From: Candidatus Saccharimonadaceae bacterium
GTDB taxonomy: Bacteria; Eisenbacteria; RBG-16-71-46
NCBI GenBank assembly: GCA_035494735.1
Contig: DATJGS010000011.1
Location: forward strand, 14,199-78,198
DNA: 64,000 nt
Direction: 5' to 3'
The notes beneath the pieces were generated by a model that was not told the DNA's origin, did no database searches, and worked only from the letters and a program-made list of their open reading frames with translations. The position numbers and the translations under genes are program-made. This document shows, one piece after another, positions 1-9,304 of the stretch (the first letter of the stretch is position 1; every line of letters starts with the position of its first letter).

Positions 1-1883
1 TGGCCGGCGAACGGCGCGGGCGGGGGCGGCGCGACGTTGTCCACCGAATAGCCCGAGTCCGCCGGCGAGTCCCAGAACATGCTGCCGACCGTGTAGCCGC
101 CGTCGGCTTCGACCATGAACTGGGTCCGCGGATTGCCCAACGCCGTCGAGTCGCCCGCGGTCGCGGCCGCGAAGCTGTATCCCGATTGCGCGGAGGCCGG
201 CACGGTGCCCAGGTACTCCCAATAGATCGTGTTGATCCCGCTGCCCGACGTGCGGAACACGCGGCCCGGCGCGGCTTCGGGATCGGCGCCCGAGTGGAGC
301 AGGCGCGCCCCGAGGCGCATCGCCGCCTGCGCGGCGAACGCCGGCGCCTGGCGCCACACGCGATACTGCTGCACCGCGGCGATCGTGCCCGGCGCCTGAT
401 CGAGATAGCTCGGCGTCCACGTCACGCGCACCGCGCCGCCCTGATCGTTCGCGATGTCCTTCACCGAGACGATCTTCGGCTCGGGATGCCCGACCTGGCC
501 GAAGCGATCGATGTGCTGGCCGTACGCGTTGACGTCGGTGCCGATCGTCGAGTTGAAGAAGCAGTACGCGCCGCCGCTGCCGTCGGCGAGGAGGGCGCCG
601 GTGTCCTCCTTGCCGGGCAACGTCGTGAGCGGGTTCCCCGGCGACAGGCTCCAGCCGAGGCGCGCGAAGCCGTTCGCGTCGATTCGCGTCGCGCGGAAGT
701 CGAAGACCGAGTTCGCGCCCTCGATCCACTCGAGCAGCGCGCCGCCCGCGCCGTCGGGAAGCGCCCCGTAGAAGATCTGCCGCGCGCTGCCCGTCGCGAT
801 GGGCGCGCCATCCCCCTCGGGCCAGCCGGACGCGGTGACTCCGTTGCCCTGGATGTGCGTTCCGTACACGTCCTCATTGCCGGCTCGCGTATCCATCCAG
901 AACGCGAAGAACCCGCCCGCGCCATCGGTGATGAGCTGCGCGCTGGTCTGGTTGCCGATCGCGGCGGACAGCGTGTAGCCGAACGTCGTGACGCCCGTGC
1001 TGTCGATCGAGTTCGCGTAGAGGTTGGCATCCGAGAAGTAGACCCACCACGCGGCGATCGCGCCGCCCGCGCCGTCGGCCACCGCCGCGATGTCCTGGGA
1101 ATCGCCGCTGACCGTGATGTCGATGTCCTTCCCCAGCCCGGCGAGCACGGGGATGCCGTTCGGGCGCAGGCGCTGCGCGTAGACGTCGAAGTCTCCGCCC
1201 CGGTTGTCGTTCCAGAAGAACCACGCGCCTCCAAAGCCGTCGGACACCACTCGGGGGGCCTGCTCCTTGTTTCCGCTCGCGGCGATCGCCGTTCCGCCGG
1301 CGCCCCACAGCGGCGAGCCGGAAGGCGACAGGCGTTGCGCGTAGACGTCGTGGTCGGAGATCGAGAAGTCGTATTCGAAGGCGATGATGATGCCGCCCGC
1401 GCCGTCGGTTGCGGCGCTGGCCGTCTCGATGCTGTTCGGCAGGTTCGTCACGGGTACGCCGGCGGTCGTCCACTGGCGGACGCCCGCGGAGTTGATGCGC
1501 TGGCCGAGCAGGCTGACGATGCCGCCGCTGACTTGCGCGAACGCCAGGATGGCGCCGCCAGACCCGTCGGACACCGCGCCGACCGGCACCTGGTCCACGG
1601 CTCCGGTCTCCACGGGAACGCCACCGGTGGCCCACAGGGTGTTGCCCGCGGCGTCGACCCGCTGGGCATAGATGTCGTAGTTGCCGGCGCGCTGGTCGAT
1701 CAGAAAGACGATCGCGCCGCCCGCCCCGTCGGGAACGGGGAGAGCCACCGCGTGGAATCCCGGGCCGATGGAAATCGGCGCGCCCTGACTCGTGGTATTG
1801 GGCCAGCCGGCGAGCGCGAGCGCGGGGGTGAGGCACGTGCACAACGTGGCGGCGAGGACGGCGAGCGGCAGGAAGCGGCGCAT
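1..1883 (-). CDS. secreted repeat protein, N-terminal part (about 7 tandem ~50-aa beta-propeller-like repeats); C-terminus lies beyond window start
   Basis: Absent from the ORF track because it runs off the window edge. The reverse complement of 1..1883 reads without stops: MRRFLPLAVLAATLCTCLTPALALAGWPNTTSQGAPISIGPG... This is a signal peptide followed by repeats carrying DGAGGA and (I/V)YAQR motifs. The + strand ORFs 186..2153 and 874..1842(-) over this span are Arg/Gly-rich artefacts. Confidence 0.6.
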   Translation of the reverse strand, partial: MRRFLPLAVLAATLCTCLTPALALAGWPNTTSQGAPISIGPGFHAVALPVPDGAGGAIVFLIDQRAGNYDIYAQRVDAAGNTLWATGGVPVETGAVDQVPVGAVSDGSGGAILAFAQVSGGIVSLLGQRINSAGVRQWTTAGVPVTNLPNSIETASAATDGAGGIIIAFEYDFSISDHDVYAQRLSPSGSPLWGAGGTAIAASGNKEQAPRVVSDGFGGAWFFWNDNRGGDFDVYAQRLRPNGIPVLAGLGKDIDITVSGDSQDIAAVADGAGGAIAAWWVYFSDANLYANSIDSTGVTTFGYTLSAAIGNQTSAQLITDGAGGFFAFWMDTRAGNEDVYGTHIQGNGVTASGWPEGDGAPIATGSARQIFYGALPDGAGGALLEWIEGANSVFDFRATRIDANGFARLGWSLSPGNPLTTLPGKEDTGALLADGSGGAYCFFNSTIGTDVNAYGQHIDRFGQVGHPEPKIVSVKDIANDQGGAVRVTWTPSYLDQAPGTIAAVQQYRVWRQAPAFAAQAAMRLGARLLHSGADPEAAPGRVFRTSGSGINTIYWEYLGTVPASAQSGYSFAAATAGDSTALGNPRTQFMVEADGGYTVGSMFWDSPADSGYSVDNVAPPPPAPFAG

Positions 1884-2046
1884 GGGAATCTCCGGGAGAG
1901 GCGGGCCATGGCGCCCGGGGCGTCGTGCGGAGCCACGCCCCAAGCCTTCGTGGACGGTCGTTCGGCGATTTGCGCCGACCTCGGCGCTGTCGCTAGCATC
2001 CGCACGCACGACACCGTCACCCCACCAATGCCGGGAGTTCACCGAA

Positions 2047-4089
2047 ATGCACAGCCTCCAGCCGGCCCGACTGAAGCCCGGCGTCGACCCGAATCGCGTC
2101 CTCGGCGGCGACACGGCCCAGGACGCGAACCCTACCGCCGGTTCGGCGCGTGAGATCCGCGGCCAGGCGCTGATCTTCTGGGACCCCAAGGTGCCTGGGA
2201 AGAAGCTGGACGCCATCGACACGGATCAGATCACGCCGGCCGCCGACTGCGTCTCCGAGAGCCTCGAGACGCTGGACGAGCGCTGGAAGGCCGGATCGTT
2301 CCGCTTCCTCATGCCGAACTTCCGCGAGCGCGTGCACCGCGGCGAGACGTTCCTGATCGCCGGCGATCGCTTCGCGATCGGCTCGTCGCGCGAGATGAGC
2401 CCGGCCGGCCTGAAAGGCGTCGGCGAAGAGGCCGGTCTCGAGATGGTGGTCGTGTGCGGGAACAACATGGGCGACATCTTCCGGCGCAACGCGTTCAACC
2501 TGGGGCTGCACGTCGTGCAGAGCCCGGACGCGGTGGCGGACGCCCAGGACGGCGACACGTTCGCGTTCGATCCCGATTCGCGCCGCCTCACGAACGTGAC
2601 GCGCGGAAAGACGTACGAGCCCGTGCCGCTGACGCCGAAGGAGGACGAGATCCGCCGCAGCGGCGGCATCTTCGCGATCGGGCGCCGCGAGTTCACGGAC
2701 TCCGTGCGCCGGCCGCCCAAGATCGAGTGGGCCGACGCGGCCACGGCGCGGCGCATGACGACGACCGAGCAGATCGTGTGGGCGCATCGCGTCGACAAGA
2801 CGGCCGAGGTGCGGCCCGGCGCGACGCTGCGCGTCTATGCGGACCTGCTGCCCGCGTCCGACGGCACCGCGCCGTTCTCGATCCACACGTTCAACCAGAT
2901 CACCGGTGGCAGGACGATCTTCCCGCGGCAGATCGCGATCGCGAACGACCACTTCGTGTTCACGGGCGTGGAGGCCGACGATCGCCAGACCGCGATCGGC
3001 CGCGCGTTCGCCGCGCTGCACGGCATCGAGAAGCCGTACTACGCGACGCCCGGCGACGGCATCTTCCACTTCTATTTCCCGGAGCAGGGTCTCGTGATGC
3101 CCGGCCAGTTCATCCCGGGCGCGGACTCGCACAGCCGGGCCTACGGCGCATACGGCGCGGTCGGCATCGGCGTCGGCTCGACGACGCTCGGCTTCGGCTG
3201 GTCCACGGGCTACATCTACTTCACGCTGCCGAAGCAGCGCCGCGTGACGTTCCGCGGCGAACTGAAGCCGTGGGTGAGCGGCAAGGATCTCGTGCTCGCG
3301 CTGCTCAAGCGCTGGGGCGCGAAGCAGTCGCAGGGCATGTCGGTCGAGTTCGTGGATCGCGACCGCCAATTGCCGATCGCGTACCGCAACACGATCTGCA
3401 ACATGATGGCCGAGGCCGAAGCCATGAATGGTCTGTTCGCGGCGGACGACGTGACGTACGACTGGTTCCGCGCGAAGGGCATGAGCGAGCTGCCCTATCC
3501 GCGCATCGCGCCCGGCGCCGACGCCACGTACGAGATCGACGAGACGCTGGACCTCGGCGAACTCGTGCCCATGATCGCGAAGCCGTTCAGTCCCGGGAAC
3601 GCGTTCCCGGCGGAGGACGTCGCGAAGGAGAAGATCGCGTTCGACAAGGCGATGATCGGCTCGTGCACGAACGGCGGCTACGACGACCTGATGCAGGCCG
3701 CGCTCGTGATCCACGCCGCGCGCGCGCTCGGGCGCGGCACGGCGGCGCGCGAGTTCGTGATCTTCCCGGGCTCGGGCGGCGTGCGCGACCAGATCCGCAA
3801 GCCCGATGCGCGGCTGAACGGCGAGAGCATCGCGCACGTCTTCGAGTCGGCCGGCGGCAAGATCCGCGAGTCGTGGTGCGGGCCGTGCTTCGGGCAGGGC
3901 CCCGACGCGCTGCGCCCCGGGCAGCGCGCGATCACGTCGTTCAATCGCAACTGGACGAATCGCATGGGCGTGGGCGGCGAAGGCTATCTCGCGAGCCCGG
4001 CGGTCGTCGCGTCGTCCGCGCTGCTCGGCTACATGGCGCCGCCGAGCGAGCTCGGCCTGACGTGGGAAGCCGAGAAGTTCGAGGTCTAG
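2047..4089 (+). CDS. aconitase/3-isopropylmalate dehydratase family hydro-lyase, fused LeuD-like swivel domain (N-terminal) plus LeuC-like catalytic domains (C-terminal)
   Basis: In-frame ATG at 2047 (MHSLQPARLKPG...) inside ORF 1792..4089, whose upstream part overlaps the divergent gene. The N-terminal ~210 aa show LeuD-like motifs (IDTDQITPA, GDRFAIGSSRE, NNMGDIFRRNAFNLGL). The C-terminal part shows LeuC/aconitase motifs (MTTTEQIVWAH, IGSCTNGGYDDL, CGPCFG). Confidence 0.7.
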   Translation: MHSLQPARLKPGVDPNRVLGGDTAQDANPTAGSAREIRGQALIFWDPKVPGKKLDAIDTDQITPAADCVSESLETLDERWKAGSFRFLMPNFRERVHRGETFLIAGDRFAIGSSREMSPAGLKGVGEEAGLEMVVVCGNNMGDIFRRNAFNLGLHVVQSPDAVADAQDGDTFAFDPDSRRLTNVTRGKTYEPVPLTPKEDEIRRSGGIFAIGRREFTDSVRRPPKIEWADAATARRMTTTEQIVWAHRVDKTAEVRPGATLRVYADLLPASDGTAPFSIHTFNQITGGRTIFPRQIAIANDHFVFTGVEADDRQTAIGRAFAALHGIEKPYYATPGDGIFHFYFPEQGLVMPGQFIPGADSHSRAYGAYGAVGIGVGSTTLGFGWSTGYIYFTLPKQRRVTFRGELKPWVSGKDLVLALLKRWGAKQSQGMSVEFVDRDRQLPIAYRNTICNMMAEAEAMNGLFAADDVTYDWFRAKGMSELPYPRIAPGADATYEIDETLDLGELVPMIAKPFSPGNAFPAEDVAKEKIAFDKAMIGSCTNGGYDDLMQAALVIHAARALGRGTAAREFVIFPGSGGVRDQIRKPDARLNGESIAHVFESAGGKIRESWCGPCFGQGPDALRPGQRAITSFNRNWTNRMGVGGEGYLASPAVVASSALLGYMAPPSELGLTWEAEKFEV

Positions 4090-4097
4090 GAGGTTCC

Positions 4098-4700
4098 GTG
4101 GGGAAGAAGGATCCGCGGGTCGACGAGTACATCGCGAAGTCCGCCGATTTCGCGAAGCCGATCCTGCGCCACGTGCGCGCCGTCGTGCACGGCGCCTGCC
4201 CGGATGTCGTCGAGACGCTCAAGTGGCGGGCTCCGGCGTTCGAACATGCGGGTCTGCTCTGCCAGATGGCCGCGTTCAAGGAGCACGCGACGCTCGGCTT
4301 CTGGAAGGCCGCGCTCATCCTCGGCGACGGCGGGCAGAAGGGTGGCGCGTCGTGGGGCAACTTCGGCCGGCTGAAGAGCGTCGACGATCTGCCCGCGAAG
4401 AAAGTTCTCGTCGGCTACGTGAAGCGGGCCGTCGCGCTGAACGAGAGCGGCGTGAAGGCGCCGCGCGCGATGCGCAGCCCGAAGAAGCCGCTGCGCGTCC
4501 CTGCCGATTTCACCGCGGCGCTCGCCAAAGCGAAGCGCGCGCGCGAGCACTTCGCCGCGTTCAGCCCGAGCCACCGGCGCGAGTACGTCGAGTGGATCAC
4601 GGAGGCCAAGCAGGCGGCGACGCGCGAGCGACGCATCGCGCAGGCTCTGGCCTGGATCGCCGAGGGTAAGTCGCGAAACTGGAAGTACGAGAAGTGCTGA
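4098..4700 (+). CDS. DUF1801/YdeI-OmpD-associated family protein
   Basis: GTG start preceded by AGGAGG. Translation VGKKDPRVDEYIAKSADFAKPILRHVRAVVHGACPDV...REYVEWITEAKQAATRERRIAQALAWI is typical of YdhG/YdeI-like proteins. Confidence 0.65.
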   Translation: MGKKDPRVDEYIAKSADFAKPILRHVRAVVHGACPDVVETLKWRAPAFEHAGLLCQMAAFKEHATLGFWKAALILGDGGQKGGASWGNFGRLKSVDDLPAKKVLVGYVKRAVALNESGVKAPRAMRSPKKPLRVPADFTAALAKAKRAREHFAAFSPSHRREYVEWITEAKQAATRERRIAQALAWIAEGKSRNWKYEKC

Positions 4701-4729
4701 GCGTCGGCTAATGCGGACTCGGAGGCCCC

Positions 4730-5314
4730 ATGTCACCCGTGACCCGTAGCGTCATCGCCATCCCGGCCGCATACGCCTCACAGGAGGTCGCCTCGTTCGT
4801 CGCCCAATTGGACGATCAACTGCGGCGTCAGAAGGAGCAGACCCGCACGCTCACACCGGCCGATCTCGAATGGCAGCTGGCGCCGGGCATGAACACGATC
4901 GGCATGCTGATGGCGCACCAGGCCATCATCGAGGTGGGCTGGACCGGGATAGGGATCGAGGATCTGCAGCGGAGTGAAATCCCCTTCCAGGAGATTCTCG
5001 GCATCGATGACAGTGGAGTGCCGCTCGCCCCGGACGGCGCGCCTCCGGTGGCGCTGGCCGGCAAGGATCTGGCGTTCTTCGACGACCTGCTGGACCGCGC
5101 GCGGGAGCACCTGAAGCGCGTGGCGGCGCCGGTCCGGGACTCGGCTCTCACGATCATGCGGCCCCGTACCCGTCCGAATGGCGAGCTGCGCGAGGTCGAG
5201 GTGCGCTGGATCCTCTATCACATGCTCGAGCACTTCGCGGGGCATTTCGGCCAGATCCTGCTGCTCCAGCACGCCCGGCAGGCGCTGGGCGTGGGAGACG
5301 CGGCGAAGCGCTAG
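4730..5314 (+). CDS. DinB/YfiT-like (DinB_2) metal-dependent hydrolase family protein
   Basis: ORF track 194 aa, with the DinB-family motifs MLMAHQAIIEVGW, ILYHMLEHFAGHFGQILLL. Confidence 0.65.
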   Translation: MSPVTRSVIAIPAAYASQEVASFVAQLDDQLRRQKEQTRTLTPADLEWQLAPGMNTIGMLMAHQAIIEVGWTGIGIEDLQRSEIPFQEILGIDDSGVPLAPDGAPPVALAGKDLAFFDDLLDRAREHLKRVAAPVRDSALTIMRPRTRPNGELREVEVRWILYHMLEHFAGHFGQILLLQHARQALGVGDAAKR

Positions 5315-5360
5315 CCAGCGGCACGGCGCCGCCCGCCCGGCCGCACGCGGCCGGCGCCGG

Positions 5361-6398
5361 TCACGGCGCGCCGAGGAATCCCTCCAGTTCGCGGACGAAC
5401 GCGGCCGGCTCCTCGTAGTACGGCAGGTGGCCGCTCTTCTCGAAGACCCGGAACTTCGAATCAGGAATCGCGCGGTGGATCTTCCACGCCACCGACGGCG
5501 CGACGTTCATGTCGTAGCGCCCGGTGAGCACGAGCGTCGGGAAGCGGAACTTGGGCAGTTCAGGATTCAGGTCGTACTGCTTGAGGTCGGCGTTCAGCGC
5601 CTGATTCACGGAGCGCGAGTAGTGGTACGCGCTCGAGTTCGCGAGGAAGCGATCGCGCAGCGCCGGGTCCACGAACAGCATGCCCAGGTACTCGTGCATG
5701 TCGGCCTTCTCGGCGTTGGTGTCGCCGAGCGCCTCGGCGAACGCGACCGACTCCTGCCGTCCGATGCCTTCCGGGAACACGTCCTTGAACAGGAACACCG
5801 TGTCGTCCCACTTGGGCGCCGCCGAGTCGCAGATGATCAGGTGCGCGATGTGCTCGGGATGGCGCGCCGCGTAGGCCATCACCAGGTACCCGCCCCACGA
5901 GTGCCCGAGCAGGTCGATCTTGTCCGCGCCGAGGTGGGCCCGCACCGCGTCGAGGTCCGCGATCTGGTCGGCGAGCGTGCACGTCTGCTTGGGCGCGAGC
6001 GCCCCGGAACGGCCGTTGCCGCGCTGGTCGTAGAACACGACGCGCCGTCCGAGGGCGAGGGTGTCCCAGGCCGAAGAGCAGTGCACGTAGGTATGATCGA
6101 ATCCCGGCCCGCCATTCACCATCAAGAGCGGACGTCCGGGCGCGCTCCCGCGCACTTCGACCCAGAGCGCGACATCGCCGTTGCGAATGCGCTGACCGGT
6201 CTCGGCCGCCGCCGCTGACGGGCGCGGGGCGAGCGCGAGCAGGGCGAACAGCGCGCACGCGCTGGCCCGGCCGGGGAACCATGCCGGGCGCGTCGGGAGC
6301 GGGGCGGTCGGCGGTCGCTGGGGACGAAGCGGGTCGCTTGGGGTCTCGACCGGTGGGAAAGCAGGGCGAGACGCGGCAGGGCGGGCGGGAAGCGGCAT
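5361..6398 (-). CDS. secreted alpha/beta hydrolase (proline iminopeptidase-like)
   Basis: Start placed at the internal ATG behind GGAGAA (MPLPARPAAS...), in frame with ORF 5361..6473. Carries the GHSWGG nucleophile elbow, MVNGGPGFDHTY and a signal-like hydrophobic stretch. Confidence 0.7.
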   Translation of the reverse strand: MPLPARPAASRPAFPPVETPSDPLRPQRPPTAPLPTRPAWFPGRASACALFALLALAPRPSAAAAETGQRIRNGDVALWVEVRGSAPGRPLLMVNGGPGFDHTYVHCSSAWDTLALGRRVVFYDQRGNGRSGALAPKQTCTLADQIADLDAVRAHLGADKIDLLGHSWGGYLVMAYAARHPEHIAHLIICDSAAPKWDDTVFLFKDVFPEGIGRQESVAFAEALGDTNAEKADMHEYLGMLFVDPALRDRFLANSSAYHYSRSVNQALNADLKQYDLNPELPKFRFPTLVLTGRYDMNVAPSVAWKIHRAIPDSKFRVFEKSGHLPYYEEPAAFVRELEGFLGAP

Positions 6399-6580
6399 GA
6401 GGTTCTCCCGAGTCGGAAAGGGGTTCGTTCGGTCCGGATCAACGGCGGAACGATACGGGGGCCGCGGCGGCACGACAAGACTTTGGCAAAGAACAGGGCG
6501 GGGGGCTGGCGTCCCGCCATTCGCGGGGGCACAATGAGCACCGCTGCTCCCAAGGACTCTTCACTCACTCGGGGAACGTC

Positions 6581-7225
6581 ATGCGCATTCGCACGTCGCT
6601 GATCACGCTCACCGCTCTCGCGCTCTCCGCGGGGGCCGCCGTCGCATCCATGTCGGGCGGCAGTTCGCCCGCGCCGCCTTCCGATCCGCCGCCGTCGGCG
6701 CCGCAGTCGCAGTCCTACGGCATGCCGGCCGACCAGCAGGCCGCCGCGGCCGCCGAACGCCGCAAGCAGGCCGAGGCGCTCTACGGGAACGCCTACGACT
6801 ACATCAGCAAGGCCAAGCTCGACCTCGAATCCAAGAAGGAGAAGGACGCCGAGAAGAAGTTCAAGAAGGGCGTCGAGGCCGCCGAGGGCGCGATCAAGCT
6901 CGACACCCGCTACTACGAGGCGTGGAACCTGATCGGCTTCGGCTATCGCAAGCTCGGCAACTACGACAAGGCGATCGCCGCGTACACCCAGTCGATCGGC
7001 ATCAAGCCCGATTACGCGCCGGCCCGCGAGTACCTCGGCGAGGCGTACCTCGAGCTGGGCAAGCTCGATCGCGCGAAGGAGCAACTCGTGTTCCTCGAGC
7101 ACTACAACGCGACCGACGACGCGAACACCCTGCGCGCGAGCATCGCGTCCTACGTGAGCGCGCATCCCGAGAGCGCGACGCCCGATTCGAGCGCCGCCAA
7201 GCAGCCGACGTCCTCCGGGCTGTAG
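6581..7225 (+). CDS. secreted TPR-repeat protein
   Basis: Signal peptide MRIRTSLITLTALALSAGAAVAS, followed by TPR motifs (YYEAWNLIGFGYRKLGNYDKAIAAYTQSIGIKPDYAPAREYLGEAYLELGK). Confidence 0.7.
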   Translation: MRIRTSLITLTALALSAGAAVASMSGGSSPAPPSDPPPSAPQSQSYGMPADQQAAAAAERRKQAEALYGNAYDYISKAKLDLESKKEKDAEKKFKKGVEAAEGAIKLDTRYYEAWNLIGFGYRKLGNYDKAIAAYTQSIGIKPDYAPAREYLGEAYLELGKLDRAKEQLVFLEHYNATDDANTLRASIASYVSAHPESATPDSSAAKQPTSSGL

Positions 7226-7253
7226 CGGCGGGTGGCGGCGGACAGACACGAAC

Positions 7254-7294
7254 GGCCCCCGAAGCCGAGGCTTCGGGGGCCGTCGCTGTTTGGC
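7254..7294. terminator. bidirectional rho-independent terminator between convergent TPR and yceI-like genes
   Basis: Perfect 13-bp inverted repeat GGCCCCCGAAGCC-GAG-GGCTTCGGGGGCC followed by a T-rich stretch (GTCGCTGTTTGG). Confidence 0.55.
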
Positions 7295-7305
7295 TCGCGA
7301 GCGGC

Positions 7306-7956
7306 TTACTTCTTCGTGGCGGGTGCGGCCGCCGCGGGCTTGGGATCGCCGGCCGCGAAGGCCGCGACGTTCAGCACGATCTCCACGTTGTCGTCGAGCA
7401 TCGCGCCGCCCTGGTCCACCGTCTTGTTCCAGACCATGTTGAAGTCCTTGCGATTGACCGTCGTCGTGGCGTCGAACCCGGCCTGAATGCCGAGGCTGTT
7501 GCCGCCGATGTCGACCGGGCCCATCCCCAGGAACTCGACGTCGAGCGTCACCGGCTTCGTGACGCCGCGGATCGTGAGGTCGCCGCCGACCTGGAAGTGA
7601 TGGTCGTCCTTGCCCGCGATCACCTTGTTGCTCTTGAACGTGATCGTCGGATACTTCTCGACCCAGAAGAAATCCTCGGTGCGCAGGTGGTTGTCGCGCC
7701 GCTCCGTGCCCGTCCAGATGCTGGTGTCGCGGATGGTGACGTCGACCGACGACGCGGCCAGGGCCTTCGGGTCGTAGACGATGCTGCCCGAGAAGTCGGT
7801 GAAGCGCCCGTGCACCTTCGTGAAGAAGTGCCTTACGTTGAAGCCGACCTCGGTATGCGCGCGGTCGATCATGAAGGTCTTCGGCTCGGCGGCGGCCAGC
7901 GAGGCCGTGGCCGCGAGCGAGACGAGAGTCAGAGTGACGAGCCACCCACGCTTCAC
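7306..7956 (-). CDS. YceI family periplasmic protein
   Basis: GTG start behind AAAGGAGAA (VKRGWLVTLTLVSLAATASLAAAEPKTF... signal peptide), in frame with ORF 7306..8169. Motifs FNVRHFFTKVHGRF, GDLTIRGVTKPV are typical of YceI. Confidence 0.75.
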   Translation of the reverse strand: MKRGWLVTLTLVSLAATASLAAAEPKTFMIDRAHTEVGFNVRHFFTKVHGRFTDFSGSIVYDPKALAASSVDVTIRDTSIWTGTERRDNHLRTEDFFWVEKYPTITFKSNKVIAGKDDHHFQVGGDLTIRGVTKPVTLDVEFLGMGPVDIGGNSLGIQAGFDATTTVNRKDFNMVWNKTVDQGGAMLDDNVEIVLNVAAFAAGDPKPAAAAPATKK

Positions 7957-8245
7957 GGAGTTCTCCTTTCCGGCGCTTCTCTCTCGAGCGACGCGCCGAC
8001 AAGTCCTATTGGGGATCGCGAACCGCGGGCGACGCGTGCGGACCGACCCAGGGAGCCATGCCGCGACTTGCGATGTCGCGGACGCACCGACGGTTTGTGT
8101 TATAACACACATCTCCGGCGCCCTCCGGCCAATTTGCCGGGACTTGACGAGGGATTGCGCTGGACCCACGCGCAGGCGCCGGCCCGGCCGGTCGTTCGCT
8201 CGCGCTCAACTTGAGCGGTCCCGGTGCACCGCGTAGCATCCGCGC

Positions 8246-9259
8246 GTGCCAGGCTTCGAGCAGACGCCTCCCGACGTCCGTGAACTCCTTTCCAAACGCA
8301 TCAGCCAGCTGGGCCTTCGCCTCGAGGGTTCGCCCGTCGAGCGTTTCGTCCATCGGCTGCATCGCGAGTTGGAGCGGAAGGGAGTGCGCCGCTTCAAACC
8401 GATCTGCTACCTGACGGACGAGTGGGGCTGTCCCGACGGGCAGCCGGTGATCGGCATCCCGTTCTACCTTGCCGATCCCAAGCTCGCGCGTCTCGAGCGC
8501 GCCATGAACGATCTCGAGGACGAGCGCGAGATCATGATGTACATGCGGCACGAGGCCGGCCACGCGTTCAACTACGCGTACCGCCTGTTCGCGACGCCCG
8601 AATGGCGAAAGCTGTTCGGACCTTTCAATCGCCGCTACCGCGACCACTACCGTCCGCTCCCGTTCAATCGGCAGTACGTGCGCCACCTGGCGGGCTGGTA
8701 CGCGCAAAAGCATCCCGACGAAGACTTCGCCGAAACGTTCGCCGTGTGGCTGACCCCGCGCGCGAACTGGCGCGCGAAGTACAAGGACTGGCCCGCGCTC
8801 AAGAAGCTGCGCTACGTGGACCGCGTCGTTCGGCGCGTGCGCGAGCAGGATCCGATCGTCACGACCGGGGACTTCGACATCACGGTCGAGGACATGCGCG
8901 TCACGGTCGAACAGTTCTATCGCAAGTGGATGCGCGAGAACGGCGGAGCCGCGAACGTCGCGCTCGAGACCGACCTCGGCGACCTGTTCCTCAAGTTCAA
9001 CGGCCGCCTGAAGCACGTGCGTCCCGCGTGGGAACTGGTCGAGGAGCATCGCGCACTGCTCACCGACAAGATCGCGAACTGGACCGGCGTGAAGCGTCCG
9101 GTGGTGCGCGCGTTGATCGAGCGCATCGTGCGCACGTGCCGCGACCATCAGCTGTACGCGCGCACGGGACGCGACGCACAATATCTCGTCGAACTTACGG
9201 CCTATGGAACTACCCTCGCGATGAATTACCTTACACGCGGCAGATTCGTGCAAACCTAG
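8246..9259 (+). CDS. putative zinc-dependent metallopeptidase-like protein (HExxH motif)
   Basis: ORF track 337 aa containing HEAGHAFNY. Reads as the HExxH-containing family of putative zinc-binding metallopeptidases that commonly sit next to ATP-grasp ligases; exact start uncertain. Confidence 0.55.
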   Translation: MPGFEQTPPDVRELLSKRISQLGLRLEGSPVERFVHRLHRELERKGVRRFKPICYLTDEWGCPDGQPVIGIPFYLADPKLARLERAMNDLEDEREIMMYMRHEAGHAFNYAYRLFATPEWRKLFGPFNRRYRDHYRPLPFNRQYVRHLAGWYAQKHPDEDFAETFAVWLTPRANWRAKYKDWPALKKLRYVDRVVRRVREQDPIVTTGDFDITVEDMRVTVEQFYRKWMRENGGAANVALETDLGDLFLKFNGRLKHVRPAWELVEEHRALLTDKIANWTGVKRPVVRALIERIVRTCRDHQLYARTGRDAQYLVELTAYGTTLAMNYLTRGRFVQT

Positions 9260-9304
9260 AGGCCGCCTGAAACGCCCAGGGCGCCCGTCACGGCGAGGAC
9301 CCGG

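Noticed and set aside
186-2153. 655-aa ORF (and 874..1842 -, 461..1234 -) over the first 2 kb
   Set aside because: Arg/Gly/Ala/Pro-rich translations with no domain signature: typical wrong-frame ORFs in 70% GC DNA. The real gene is the minus-strand repeat protein in another frame running off the window.
2017-3837. 606-aa minus-strand ORF and 2454..4700 + 748-aa ORF across the aconitase gene
   Set aside because: Antisense or out-of-frame artefacts with R/A/G-rich composition. The + frame starting at 2047 carries clear aconitase motifs, and the last 200 codons of 2454..4700 are the real DUF1801 gene.
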